From the NCBI GenBank assembly GCA_964016885.1, contig OZ024743.1, positions 184,946,001 through 185,010,000 of the forward strand: DNA of 64,000 nucleotides, read 5' to 3'. Made by a program: the position numbers and the translations under genes. The stretch comes from Eledone cirrhosa. Lineage: Eukaryota. Under the pieces are notes generated by a model. It saw only the letters and a program-made list of their open reading frames with translations, searched no databases and was not told the origin of the DNA. This document shows positions 37,295 to 50,364 of this stretch, piece after piece (the first letter of the stretch is position 1; each line of letters begins with the position of its first letter).

Positions 37295-37415
37295 TTAGAA
37301 CAAAATTATTATTAATGTTTTGCTGTTCATAACAATTGGAATTGAAAAATTACTTTTGAAATTATTAGTTATTTTACTAATGCTTAGATATGTAAAAATG
37401 AAGCAATGTTTCTAA

Positions 37416-37607
37416 TAATTGTTTCTACTTTTGGCTCAAGGCCAGCAATAACCCAGTACATTACTGGTACTTTATTTTATCGACCCCGTGAGGATGAAAG
37501 GCAAAGTTAACCTTGGGGGTATTTGAACTCAGACCGTAAAGGGACGTAACTCCATGCTATGAAGCATGGTGTCCGACTCTCTACAGATTCTGCCAATCCA
37601 CCACCCT
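37416..37607 (-). mobile_element. SINE family A inside Helitron 2
   Basis: Near-identical to 3238-3428. Confidence 0.85.
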
Positions 37608-38111
37608 AATGTCTGTACGTAATGAGGGAGTGAGAGGGGAGAGAAAGAAAGGCAGAGGTGAAGTGACGAAGTGACTCTCTCCTCCTCCTCCTCCTCCATC
37701 TCCCCATTCGTCACAGCGATAGAGGGGAGGAATGTTAGTGTGTTACAAAGAGAAAGAGTGAGAGTGAGAGAAACAGACAGACTAAAAGAGAGGGATAGCT
37801 GGAGAGCGATAGCAACCACGCGCGCACGTGTTTCCACTGTCGGACAGACAGACAGAGAAATTGTTGGTTATATATTATAAGGAGATAAAAACATTAAAAC
37901 AGTTTAGTATCCCAACACTGAAGGTGGTTTGGTATCAAAAGGGTTAAGAATACATTTTTATCTTTGCCTAAAATGTCAGTCTATTTCCATTTTTTTGGCT
38001 GGGTGAATAAAATTATATTGACTGGAGAAATTGCTGTGATTAAGAAGTTTATTTCGCAACTCAGTGGTTCCTGGTTTGATCTCATCTTGGGGCATTTTAT
38101 TCTTGTCTTCT

Positions 38112-38772
38112 AGGGCAGTATCAGTAGAACAGTGGACAACATGCTTTCCGGCATATAGTTATGGCCCTTTACATTCCAACTTCAAATCCTGCCAAGGTTA
38201 GCTTTGCCTTTCATCCTTACAGAGTCAATAAAATAAAGTACCAGTAACACACTGGGGTTGATGTAATCGATTTTCCCCTCCCCCCAAAAATTGTTAGCCT
38301 TGTGCCTAAATCAGAAATCATTGAGGGCGGTGGATTAACAGAATCGGTAGAGCATTGAACAACATGCTTAGTGGCACAGAGTTATGGCCCTTTACATGCT
38401 GAGTTCAAATCCCGCCGAGATTAGCTTTGTCTTTCATCCTTATGGGAGCGATCAAATAAAGTACCAGTAATGCACTGGAGTCGATTTAATCGACTTTCCC
38501 TTTCCCTAAAAATTGTTGACCTTGTGCTTAAATCAGAAACCATTATTGTCTTCTAGGGCAGTGGATTGACAGTATCAGTAGAACAGCAGACATGCTTTGT
38601 GGCATATAGTTACGGCCCTTTACATTCTGAGTTCAAATCTTACTAAGGTTGGCTTTGCCTTTCATCCTTACAGGGTCGATAAAATAAAGTACCAGAAACA
38701 CACTGAGATCGATTTAATCAACTTTCCCCTCTCCCAAAATTGTTGGCCTTGTGCCTTAATAGGAAACAATTA
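38112..38772 (+). mobile_element. Tandem trimer of SINE family A (longer variant)
   Basis: Three consecutive ~215-bp units starting near 38112, 38324 and 38555. Confidence 0.85.
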
Positions 38773-41109
38773 TTGTCTTCCATCATATGTTGGGATTAAA
38801 TAAAGCCGTAATTGAAATTTAGTAGATAAAAGCTACAGGGATGCCCATGATATGTATGTCTGTATAGCAGTTCCATGTTTGATCCCACAGAATGGCATCT
38901 TGACCAAGAGTTTTGAGTTGAACAATTTTATGATTGAAATTTGGTAGATCGAAATTATCTGGATGCTCATCATGTGAGATGTGATGTGTGTATAGCAATC
39001 TTGTGCTTGATCTTGCTACATGGTATCTTGAGCAAGATTTTTTTTATCATGGAAGAGCTTAATTTAACAAAGTTTCTTATATAAAATTATGATGGAAGGT
39101 TTTTAGATATATGTAAATATTTTAAAATAATCAGTTTTGTATTGTAGAACCAGGGGCGGTTTATTATCAAAAAGGTTAATGACTCAACTAACTGCAACTC
39201 TCTTTCTCTCTGACCAAGGTTATAGTGAACAATATAAATAACACTGACTGACTACTTCTTTCTTCCTATGTAGCATATCTACACACTATACACAGCCTTA
39301 AAATATACCTGCAAGCCACCTCCTCTTGCAGTTCTTTTGTTTTATATATATATTTATAGATATATACATATATATTATTTTCTATCTTGCTGCACTGCAG
39401 TCTCCACCATCTTCCTACAACAGAGCTACTGCTTAGAACAGCCTGTGTACATGCATCTGTTTACCTGACTGAATGACCTAATGCCTTCATAGCTCATCTT
39501 TCCTGTTCTCTCCCATTCCCACTCCTCTCACACTATACCAATCTACTCCATTCTTAGGAAGAATTACCATGGTAACACCTTTTTTTCCCACCTTTTTTGT
39601 GTGTGTTTGTAGTACATAAAATAAAAGATAATTTTGTTATGGTTGCTGCCAGAGCACAGGATTCATCAATAGCTTTTGCATCAATAATTCCATCATCATC
39701 TCCCAATTTTGGTGCTATTGTTATTGTTATCTTCTTTTTTTTACACTTATCATTATTGATTTTGGGTAAGTGGTATTGGTGGGGAGGAAGTGGCTGTGCA
39801 CAAAGCCATTTCTTTTTTTTTTTTTTTTTTTTTTTTGTAGGCAAGAAACAGAGTGAAAGGAATCAATCCTAAAGTATAATACTGGTACTTATTTTATTGG
39901 TTCCCTGATCGGATAAAAAACAAAGCAACAGCTAGTACCACTGTTCCTACACTGTACCTACTTAGCATCGCTTTGGAACAAGTAATAATAGTGGCAGACT
40001 GGCAAGATGTGTAGGACATTGAATTAGATATTTTTCCAATATTTAGTTTCATCACAGTTTGTTGTGATTGCAAATCCTGTCACAATTTTTTTGGGATGTT
40101 CTTACATTTAGAGTTTAACCCTTTTGATACCAAACTGCCTGAAACCAACCCTAGTTCTATGATGCAAAACTGTTTATTTTAAAGTGATTATATTTTTCTA
40201 AAACCTTACATCATAATTCTAAGAACCTTTGTTTGCTTTCTAAACAGTGCTAGGCATCTTGTTTCATGACTTAATGGTTCTTCCAATACACTACCTTTCT
40301 TCATTGAAATAATATTTTCTATCTTAGACACAAGGCCAATAAAGGGAAAGTTGATTACATCAATCCCAGTACTTGACTGGTACTTTATTTTATCAATGCC
40401 AAGAAGGTTGAAAGGCAAAGTTGACATTGGTGGGATTTGAAAGTAAAGTGCTGGAATAAATACTGCTAAGCATATTTGTCCAATGTTCTAACAATTCTGC
40501 CAACTGACCACCTTCTTGATTGAATTAACCAAAGAAACGGAAGATATGGACTTCCATCAGTTTCGACGATGAGTGTTCCAGTTGTTTAATCAAAGGTATA
40601 GCCTACTCATGAAATTAATGTAAGTGGCTGAGCATTCCACAGACAGATGTACTCTTAACATAATTTTCAGGGAGATTTAGCATGACAATGAATTACAGGT
40701 ACAGTCCACAAAATAGGCTTCCAAACAATTTCCATCTCCCCAATTTCACTCACAAATCATAGGTTGACATTTGCCCAAGATGACATGCAGTGTAATCACA
40801 CCTGGGACTGAACTTAAACATTTGGCTATGCTGCATCCAATGAAAGAAAAAAAGTGTTCATGTACCCTAACTTAACATCAAAACATCACATCTTCATAAT
40901 ATACCTACAAGACATATGGGTGCAAGCATAATCACATAATCATATGGTTAAAAGGTTCACTTTACAGCTATATGGGTAGGGTTCAATCCCACTGTGTAAT
41001 GCCTTGGGTAAATATCTTCTGCCATAGTCTTGGCTTGATCAAATCCTTGAGAGTAAAATTGCGTTGATGGAAACTATGCAAATGCCTGTCAGAGGGATTG
41101 TTTATGTTA

Positions 41110-41460
41110 ATAATAATGAAATAATAATAATGATGAAATTATTGTGTACAGTGCTCAGGTGCACTACAAATGTGCATGTATAGTACATAGAATAATGTTC
41201 AACTGTCAGGAAAATGAACAGTGTAAGAGTCATGAAATACATGTGTGCATATGTATGGAGGGGGGATATCAGGTGTAGTGTTGGCGAATTTCAGGAAGCA
41301 TGGAGGTTTTAAAGGATGCAGTGTCTCGACAGCTAACAACTGTTGCAGGTTGTTTGTTCCATGCTTCAGCAACTCCGAGCGTGAAAAAATGTTTCCGAAA
41401 GTCATGGGAGCTGTGCTATTTACTGACTTTGTAGGCATGCCCACGTGTGTTAGACACGTT
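41110..41460 (-). mobile_element. CR1-clade LINE 3' fragment
   Basis: Close match to 21270-21605. Confidence 0.85.
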
Positions 41461-41848
41461 CTTGGGTTGTAGACTTAATCCACTGTCCAGTTTAACATCA
41501 ACACCTGACTCTTGGATACTTTTAGCAAGGCCTACTCTTGCAAGCACTTGGGCAAAGTTTTTTCTTTGGGGGTAATGTTGTAACAAACTGTTCTTGTTTT
41601 TCCGCCCACGTTCATGACATCACCACATTGGCTTCTTCATGGTTTTTGGCAATTTACACTCAAATGTTATGCTGTTCGGAGAATTGGCAAGAATACTTAG
41701 CTTTCTATAAAAGTCCAACTAAAAAGAAAAAAATATTTTACTGAGTGTATTGGGTGCGTTTTACTATAACATCAATACTAGGGAGATTTTCATTCCTTTG
41801 ATACAACTGAAGATTTCACCTCAACCCATTGTTTAGCATCACTCCTCA

Positions 41849-42009
41849 CTGTGCCAGATTTACCATTGTGCTTAGGTTCTGTTGGCTGGGAGAGGGAGGG
41901 GGAGCGGGTCATTTTCCTGCCAAACAAATTTTTTACAATGAATTTTATGATGAAAGAGGCCGCATAACTTAATTAGTACAGGGTCTCATTTGTCCTAAAT
42001 CTGGCACTG
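41849..42009. mobile_element. hAT-type MITE
   Basis: Perfect 8-bp TSD actcctca (41841-41848 and 42010-42017); TIRs ctgtgccagattta / taaatctggcactg. Confidence 0.85.
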
Positions 42010-42333
42010 ACTCCTCATAACAAACTAAAAATATTCTGTGTTCATATTCTTCATATTGACTTCTTGTCTGTAACCTGCATTAAGTAACTTTTAGCTCTTC
42101 AAGGGATATATTTCAATATATTCTTTAAACTGTAATTAATTTCTCTTTCAATTTGTGAAAATCAAATAATTTCACTAGTAGAAATAAATATTCATCATAT
42201 CAAACTCAAATTGAGTCTTAATTCTTGCTTCATTGCTTGCATCTCATGAATAACAAGATTTCTTCTGCCTGGTAATGGCAGTGAATTGGCAGAGTTGTGA
42301 GTGCATTGGTATTTATTTCAGCATAATGGTTAA

Positions 42334-42552
42334 CCCTTTAGCATTTACATTACTCTATATTTACTAGTGTATTTTCATGGTAAAGGCTTTACCTCACGTA
42401 ATTATCACATAATATCGAATCTATGAGATTTTGATATTATTTATTTTGAAAAAAATACCTTAACATAAGAATGAGCAGCGAGTTGCAGCAGGTTTGAAGA
42501 GAAAGAGGTGAAAGAAATCTGGCTGGATATGGCCGGTTTAAATGCTAAAGGG
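42334..42552. mobile_element. piggyBac-like MITE family 2
   Basis: TTAA|CCCTTTAGCATTTA...TAAATGCTAAAGGG|TTAA; other copies at 47607-47815 and 53496-53703. Confidence 0.85.
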
Positions 42553-43523
42553 TTAAGAGTCAGACAGGATACTTTGTGGTGTATCATGTTGAACTCTGAA
42601 TTCAAATCCTGTCTTCTTCTACCAGGAGTTGCAACAGGCAAATAGTATCAGCAATGGAAGCATAGTTCCCTGATCTGCCAGTTGGTTCTTTTCCCTTCAT
42701 TTTTTATCTACCAGCTAAACTTCTGCTAAATATACTCTTTAACATTTGGTTAAATTCATAACCCACATACAGGCAGCTGGACTTGGCACATCTTTCTCTT
42801 TTCCTCCCCTATAATCAGTTGTGAAAGATCTAAGGTACAGCTCTTCCACTTTTAAGTCATTTAAATATAAAATTTAAGAAAACACTCATACACACACTGT
42901 TGCATGGTCACAAATATCCCCATTGCATCTACCTTTAGTTTGTCACAACAGGTGTTTCTGTAACATGTTATCATAACAACTCAATACATAGATTAAACAT
43001 GCAGACATATACACATCCCATCACACCACCCTACACACACACACACACACATTCCCAGTGGCAGCTGTCCATGCAACCCTACCACCTTATCATGATACTA
43101 TATTGATGACCTACATACAGCTAGGCACAAATTTGTCCATGTACCCTACTATACATCATACCATCACCACAACACAACACCCTGATAACAACCTTCACAC
43201 ACACTACCCTACTGCTCCAGGGGGAGGCGGGCTTCTTTGTCACATGTGCATATGTACTCTATACTATATTACCCTACCAGCACTTCTACCCAGATGGCAT
43301 ATTCCACACACACACAGACTCACACATGTACAGACCCACACACACACTGGCATGTAAGAGTCCCTGTACTTCCATGACAAGCTCTCATTCATGCAAGAGT
43401 CCCTGTACTCTAACTACCATATAACCATGACAACACACCTTGAAGCAGGTACACAACCTATCACCCAGCTAATCAATAAAGAACTATATAAAGCACTCTT
43501 CTAGTATTTTCTAGAAATGTTTT

Positions 43524-43540
43524 CTACTACCACTACTTCA

Positions 43541-43588
<48 letters not shown>

Positions 43589-43741
43589 GCTACTACTACT
43601 ACCACCACCACCACCACCACCACCACCACCACCACTACTACTACTATTACTACTACTATCACCCCCACCCCCATTATCACTGTTGCTGCTGTTGCTACAG
43701 CTGCCCCGCCTACCCACCACCACCACCACCACCACCACCAC
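43524..43741. repeat. Compound (ACT)n/(ACC)n microsatellite
   Basis: Directly visible. Confidence 0.95.
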
Positions 43742-43974
43742 TCCTATTGCTGCTGCACCATTTCACACCTCTGGACTGCATGTGTGGATGTATGCATCTT
43801 CTTACATATGTGTATATTTCCATATGATTTTGTGTGCATATTCTTGTATGCATGTAAGTGAATGTTTGAATGTGTATTTATTTTATGTCTATACATTTGT
43901 GTTTGTATAATCGTTACATGCATATAGTTATGTGTGTCTCATTGTGCAACTGTACATCTATCTCATTGTATGCT

Positions 43975-44098
43975 TGTGTGTGTGTATATATATATATATA
44001 TACATGCATATATATACATAATATATATAAATATGTATATTATGTATATATATATATGTATGTATATATGTATGTATATATATATGTATATATATATG

Positions 44099-44145
<47 letters not shown>

Positions 44146-44240
44146 GCATATATATACATGATATATATACATATGTATATTATGTATATATATATATGTA
44201 TGTATATATGTATGTATATATATATGTATATATATATATG

Positions 44241-44320
<80 letters not shown>

Positions 44321-44345
44321 CATCATATAATATATATACATAATA
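43975..44345. repeat. (TA)n-derived low-complexity tract with a ~140-bp internal duplication
   Basis: Block tacatgcatatatatacat...tatgtatattatgtat recurs at 44001 and 44141. Confidence 0.9.
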
Positions 44346-45619
44346 TCTGTATGTGTGTGTAGATTCCTGAGTTGTGTCGGAGGGGGTGAGGTAACCACAG
44401 TTAAAAAAGCTACTCAATACATTGGTAGCGTATAGGCATCTTTATTATATATATAGAAATGACTTCTACAGGACTAGAACTGTTTCATTAATATGAAATC
44501 ATCATATATCATCATCATTTAACGTCCTCTTTTCTTGCAAGCAAGTGTTGGATGAGCCTCCACAGACCATGTCAGTATTAAGTGGGACTACTGACCTCTC
44601 AGAATGGCGGAGGTCCCACACTCTACTGAGTGCACTAAGTGCATTTTATTGTGGCCTCAGCACTAGGGAAGTTGCTGAATAGACCTTATAACTGTCTGGC
44701 ACATTTTCTGCAACTTGATGTCCCTCCTATCACCGTCCACTTTACAGAGTGTAGTAGGTGTGTTTATCATGTTGGTCATCTACACTAGAGAGGTTGTCCT
44801 GTCATTCACACACCTGTAGAGTCTTCTTGACTCTTTCTGATATGATTTCTAGAACACTAGAAAGGTTGTGATGTGATGTCTGGCAACTCCTCTCAAGAAT
44901 TTTAGGTATGGTTTCTATGGTTGAAGCCCTTACCAAGACCAACCATTTTACAAAGTATGCTGGATGCTTTTTATTATGACACCTGTACTGTGGAGGTTAT
45001 CAGTCATAGATTCAACAGCATGTTTTATCAGAAATATAATGAAAGAGTTAGGTTCGAATAAGATGCTTTCCCTAGGTTTTGTGCTATGATAAAAGGCACT
45101 CAGTACACTTCGTAAAGTGGCTGGCAATTTGAAGGTAAACTACACAGGGTAAAGAAAACTCTTCAATCACATCAATGACATGGCAATCTTTTTAGTGCTG
45201 GTGTCATGATAAAATGCACCCAGTACATTCTGTAAAGTGGTTAGTGTTTGGAAGGGCATTAAGCCATAATATAAATTTATGTCAGCATAGAAAACAGACA
45301 TAAAATGATGATGATGATGATATGAATGCAGGCTTACCTGAATGGTTTAAAAGTTATCTTTACAATCATGAAGTTTCAGGTTCAATTCGACTGCATGGCA
45401 TTTTGAGCAAATGTTTTTACCTTAACCACGGATTGACTCAAGACTTTTTTTTAATGTAGCTTACTGAGCTAGTACTATTTTAATTTATAAAGCTGTTTAT
45501 ACAAAAACAAAACACATTATTAAAGAGAACAAAAAAAAGGAAATGGAAAGAAGAAAAAGAAAAAAGAAAAGAATTAAGCAACGAAAAAAGGGAGGGACAG
45601 ACATAACACCCCTGTCTGA

Positions 45620-45785
45620 GTGGTGTTTCAACTGTGCACAACAGACAAAATGGCTAAGGCAGAGAATGGCCAGATACCCGCTGCAACAGCCATCCCACCT
45701 CATGAGGCTCCTTCCTCAAGCAGGCTGCTGTCTTTCCAATTTTATGAAGGAAATCAGCAGCAGTGCAGGGACCAAGAACACCAAT
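45620..45785 (-). mobile_element. Highly degraded CRE-like 3' fragment
   Basis: cagagaatggccagatacc...agccatcccacctcatgaggctcc...gggaccaagaacacc resembles 57480-57605. Confidence 0.4.
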
Positions 45786-46091
45786 TGGGTTGACAAAAAT
45801 TGTTTAGAAGGATGGATTGTAATTCAAAAATTCCAGCCCTGTCATGTATTGTGTCACACTGATTATGCCTGGCAATTATATTAATGGTACATGTGTTTAA
45901 AGTATATTCACTCACACGTTAATTTACAAGTTGAATGTTTAGTTAATTGGACAATGAATTGATGGAGGATCCATCATGATCCATCATAACTGTATCAGTA
46001 AATCAGAATTTGTATATATGGTTCCATTTATGTATGTATGTAAATATATATGCGAGTGTGTGCATATATGTTTTTATATGTATGTATAATG

Positions 46092-46440
46092 TGAAGGCAT
46101 ACTTAGTGGTTAGAGTGTCAGGCTTACAATTATGAGGTTGTGAGTTTGAATCTCAGACTGGGCTTTGTATTGTGCTCTTGAGCAAAACATTTTATTTCAT
46201 GATGCTCCAGTTCACTCAGCTATAGAAATGAGTTGCGACGTCACTGGTGCCAAGCTGTATCGACCTTTGCCTTACCCTTGGACAACATCGGTGGCATGGA
46301 GAGGGGAGGCTAGCATACATGGACGACTGCTGGTCTTCCACAAACAGCCTTGCCTAAGCTTGGGCCTCGGAGGGAAATTTTCTGGGTTCGAATCCCATGG
46401 TCATTCATGACCAAAGGGGGCCTTTACCCTTTACCCTTAT
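46092..46440 (+). mobile_element. SINE with the family B head and core but a different 3' tail
   Basis: First ~140 bp align to 25145-25280; the remainder is unrelated to the RTE tail and ends in ctttaccctttaccctt. Confidence 0.75.
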
Positions 46441-47606
46441 CTATATATAATAAACATTGCTTAACGTCCATTAAACTAGAAAACAATATTTACATATCAA
46501 ATGTAAAGTTCTTTTGAGAGATTTCTATGAATTATTATTGTAACTGCAACATTCAGCATATGATCAGGAATAAGGTTGTAGCAAGCTACTTTCCTTTGGC
46601 ACATTTGTGGACTATTCGCATGTGATTTGGCTAAGTCAGGCCAATCGTGAGCTGCACACGGATATATATTTCCAGCTTCCGCCTAAACAGAGATTTTCCC
46701 GCTTTCTTTCGATATACTGTCTCTTGTTGCTTCAATTATGGAAAGGTAAACACCATTTTTCTTTTGTCGTTTGACCACTAGCCAATATGTAACAACAACA
46801 ACATAACTACGACCTGGCCAGCACCTCAGCCAGTCAACTGTACCTCCTAAACTCTTAATTTGTTTATTCCTTTGTTTCGCATGCCAGCTCAAACTTTGTA
46901 ATCGGTTTGGAAATAAAATATGTAAAGACATTGTAAAGTTTTGTGATGCTATTACCACAGCCATAGCCTTTAAATGTGATATGGAAAGATCCTTTCCAGA
47001 GTTATTATCACTGCAGAAACAGAACCTGGGACTTACAGCCGAACCTCAATTCAACTAACATTACCATATAACAAAACCATTACATTTATTGATATAACCA
47101 AACCTTTCCTGCTACAACAAAATACATCATTATTATTATAAAGTACCAGTAATGCACTGGGTAATTGCAGGCCTTGTGCCTAAAGTAGAAACAATTATTA
47201 TTATTATTGTCGTTGATATTGTTATTACATGGCATAATATTATTTTTCTGCTAAACTGGTGACTATTAAATGTCTGCTATATTGGTGACCCTTGTTGATA
47301 CAAATATTATTATCATTACTATAAATCTGCTAAAAGGTTAATACATTATAGACTGTTTAACACCCAAGTCAGTTCCTATCTTGTAAAATCGTTAATGATG
47401 AAGGATTCCAGTTGGATATCTTTATCCTATCACTTCTACCATAAACATTTAATACAGCTATAGAATGATTAAGCAAGTGGACAAGGCTGGCACTGTTAGG
47501 TCACCTAGGGCTCAGAATTTAGAGGGGCACATTATAGTTTCATACAAATTTGTATAATTGACTTAAATACATAATAATTACATGTAATCAATAAATAAAT
47601 GGTTAT

Positions 47607-47815
47607 CCCTTTAGCATTTAAACCGGCTGTATCTGCCCAGAATTCTCTCACCTCTTTCTCTTCAAATCGACCATAACCACTCATTGAGGTATCATTCTCA
47701 AAATAAATAATATCAAAATCTCATAGATTCGATATTATGTGAGATAATTATGTGAGAGAAAGCCTTAGCTGTGAAAATACAATAGTAAATATAGAGTAAT
47801 GTAAATGCAAAAGGG
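47607..47815. mobile_element. piggyBac-like MITE family 2, opposite orientation
   Basis: Reverse complement of 42334-42552. Confidence 0.8.
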
Positions 47816-47865
47816 TTAAACATATTTGCCATGTAACACTGTTGTGGAAAGGGTTGTATGGTGTT

Positions 47866-48470
47866 ATAATAATAATAATAATGATAATAATAATGAAATT
47901 ATTGTGTACAGTGCTCAGGTGCACTACAACTCATCAAAGGTGCATGTATAGTACATAGAATAATGTACAAATGTCAGGAAAATGAACAGTGTATGAGTCA
48001 TAATATAATAACAATAACAATAAGGAAATATTGTGTACAGTGCCCAGGTGCACCACAACTCATCAAAAAAGTGCATGTACAGTACATAGGGCAATGCACA
48101 AACATCAGTAAAATGAACAGTGCACGAGTCATGATACACACATGTGTGCATGTGTATGGAAGGGGTACATCAGGTGTAGTTCTGGCGTATTTCGGGAAGC
48201 ATGAGTGTCTTAAAGGATGCAGTGTCTCGGCAGCTAACAATTGACGCAGGCAGTTTGTTCCATGCTTCAGCAACTCTGAGCATGAAAAAATGTCTGCGAA
48301 AGTCATGGGAGCTGTGCTGTTTTCTTATCTTGTAGGCATGTCCACGTGTGTTAGACACATGGAGATCAAAGAGGCGCTCAGGGTTGCAGTTGGCGAGATG
48401 GTTAAAAACTTTGTGGGTATTCACCAAGTCCATTGCCAGACGTCGGAGCTTCAATGAATCCATGCCCAGT
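47866..48470 (-). mobile_element. CR1-clade LINE 3' fragment with a duplicated 3' end
   Basis: ORF 48170-48475 LKLRRLAMDL...NTRGHAYKIRKQ...RRHFFMLRVAEAWNKLP; the terminal ~110 bp occurs twice (about 47898-48001 and 48027-48132). Confidence 0.9.
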
Positions 48471-49171
48471 AACATAATTTGGTGTGGGTGAATGTGAACA
48501 ATGTAGTAGAAAAAGTAGGCTAAATAATTTCTTTTTATGTGGTCAGAGCAAGAAGTGTCAAAAATCTAGACTCTTCTGCTGAAATTATTTTATTTGGGAA
48601 AAATGTGAAACGTAACTGGATGTGAAACTCCTTAGCTACTATTGATAATCATTCTTTTTCAGCTGAGTGCACTGGAGTTATATGAAATGAAGTGTCTTGC
48701 TCAAGGACACAACGTGCCAAAAGAGAAAGACCAAGGAAAGCTTGGGATGATGTAGTAAATTCTGATTTCTTGCAAAGGATGGAGTTCTCTGATGATATGC
48801 TATACAACTGAAGACCTGCCTTCCTACATGTACAGGACGAAAAAAAATGGCGGTGACAATGATGATGACGACGACGATGATGATGACGATGATGATGATG
48901 ATGATGATGGTGGTGGTGATGATTATGGTAACAAAAAGGTATAATATGTTTTTCAGCTTTTGTTTTTTTATCCACTCCAGTAGCCACTGGGCATTACTCA
49001 AATTCTCAGTCTGCTTCTGCCACTAAACAGCGTGTGTATATGCCAAGGAATACATGTTTCACTTCTGCATCCTTCATTCATGAATACTTTTTTACACATT
49101 CTCTGGCTTGTTTATCTTATAATTCTGTCTCTCTGTTACTTTATCGCCATACCCTCACTTTCTTCCTACCT

Positions 49172-49176
49172 TTCTG

Positions 49177-49220
<44 letters not shown>

Positions 49221-49420
49221 TCTCTCTCTCTCTGAGACATCCTCCTCTCTCTCTCTCTGTGGATGTGGATCTGTTGCTATTCCCACATAAAGGCCAATGA
49301 AATAACGACAATCTATTTGAAATATATTTTACAGCACATATTGTTTCAATAATAATTCTTCTTCTTCTCCCCCCCCCCCCTCTTTCTCCCCTCCTCGCTC
49401 CCTCCACCACAACCAGCAAA

Positions 49421-49481
<61 letters not shown>

Positions 49482-49566
49482 GTAGTACTACTACTACTAC
49501 TACCACTACTACTATTACTACTACTACTACTATACCACCACCACCACCACCACCACCACCACTACT
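49172..49566. repeat. (CT)n, (ACT)n and (ACC)n microsatellites
   Basis: Directly visible. Confidence 0.9.
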
Positions 49567-50094
49567 TGATATTATCACTTCATTCTATTCCTCTTCCCCA
49601 CCATCACCAATATCTTCTTCGCCGTTGTCATCATTGTCATCATCTTCATGACACTAGATATATTGTTAGATTCCACATACACTCACATACATATAGAAAG
49701 AGAGGTAGATGTGTGTATGCATTTATATATGTATGTATGTGTATATATGTATGTATGTCTATACATTTTTTTTTGTGGAGCAAAAGACTCCTAGTCTTCA
49801 TTAAGAAGGTCACTCTGATATAAAACCTGCGACTTCATTTGCATCCAATGATGTAGACCAGTTCTTCTTTTTGCGCAAATGCATTTGATGTTCAGAGAGT
49901 GGGATTGGCTCCGTGCAAAGCCTTTCCTCACTTAAAAAAGCTTCAAGCACAGGCATCGCTTGATATGTGACATTTTTGCTGGACATAGGCAAGACCCTAG
50001 CAGGACTAAAACACCATGTCCATGATGTTCATGCTCAAGTATCAAGCGATGGCATTACTCAAAATCAAGTTGCAGCCATCATCATACATACATA

Positions 50095-50333
50095 TATACG
50101 GGCACAACCATCCAGCAGGTGATCCAGGGGTAGATCCTGAGCAAGATGGTAGGATAATATCCATGAGTTTGACTGGTCTTGCTTGGGGATCCAGCCAGAT
50201 CAGTTGGAAACAGTTGCTTTTGACAGAACCTGGTGGAAGTGTTTGAAGACTCTGCCCCCACAACCCTCTCAGGAAGAAGGAGAAGAAGAAGAAGAAGAAG
50301 AAGAAGAAGAAGAAGAAGAAGAAGAAGAAGAAG

Positions 50334-50362
<29 letters not shown>
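50095..50362 (+). mobile_element. 3' end of the second RTE family with an expanded (GAA)n tail
   Basis: ctggtcttgcttggggatcca matches 24017-24038; long GAA run at about 50273-50362. Confidence 0.75.

Positions 50363-50364
<2 letters not shown>

Larger units (their letters stand above)
36461..37885 (-). mobile_element. Helitron 2, non-autonomous, abutting the 5' end of Helitron 1
   Basis: A|TCTCCTTATAATATA start at 37885 with a subterminal (TGTC)n block; CTAG end at 36461; shares CTAGCAG......CCCGGT with Helitrons 1 and 3. Confidence 0.75.

Noticed and set aside
44460-44510. Minus-strand tgatga...gaaac hammerhead-like motif
   Set aside because: It lacks the C of CUGANGA, and the GAAA is sequestered in the only hairpin.
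49810-49992. 60-aa minus-strand ORF as a terminal exon
   Set aside because: No recognisable domain, no linked exons, and it overlaps a hairpin; insufficient support.
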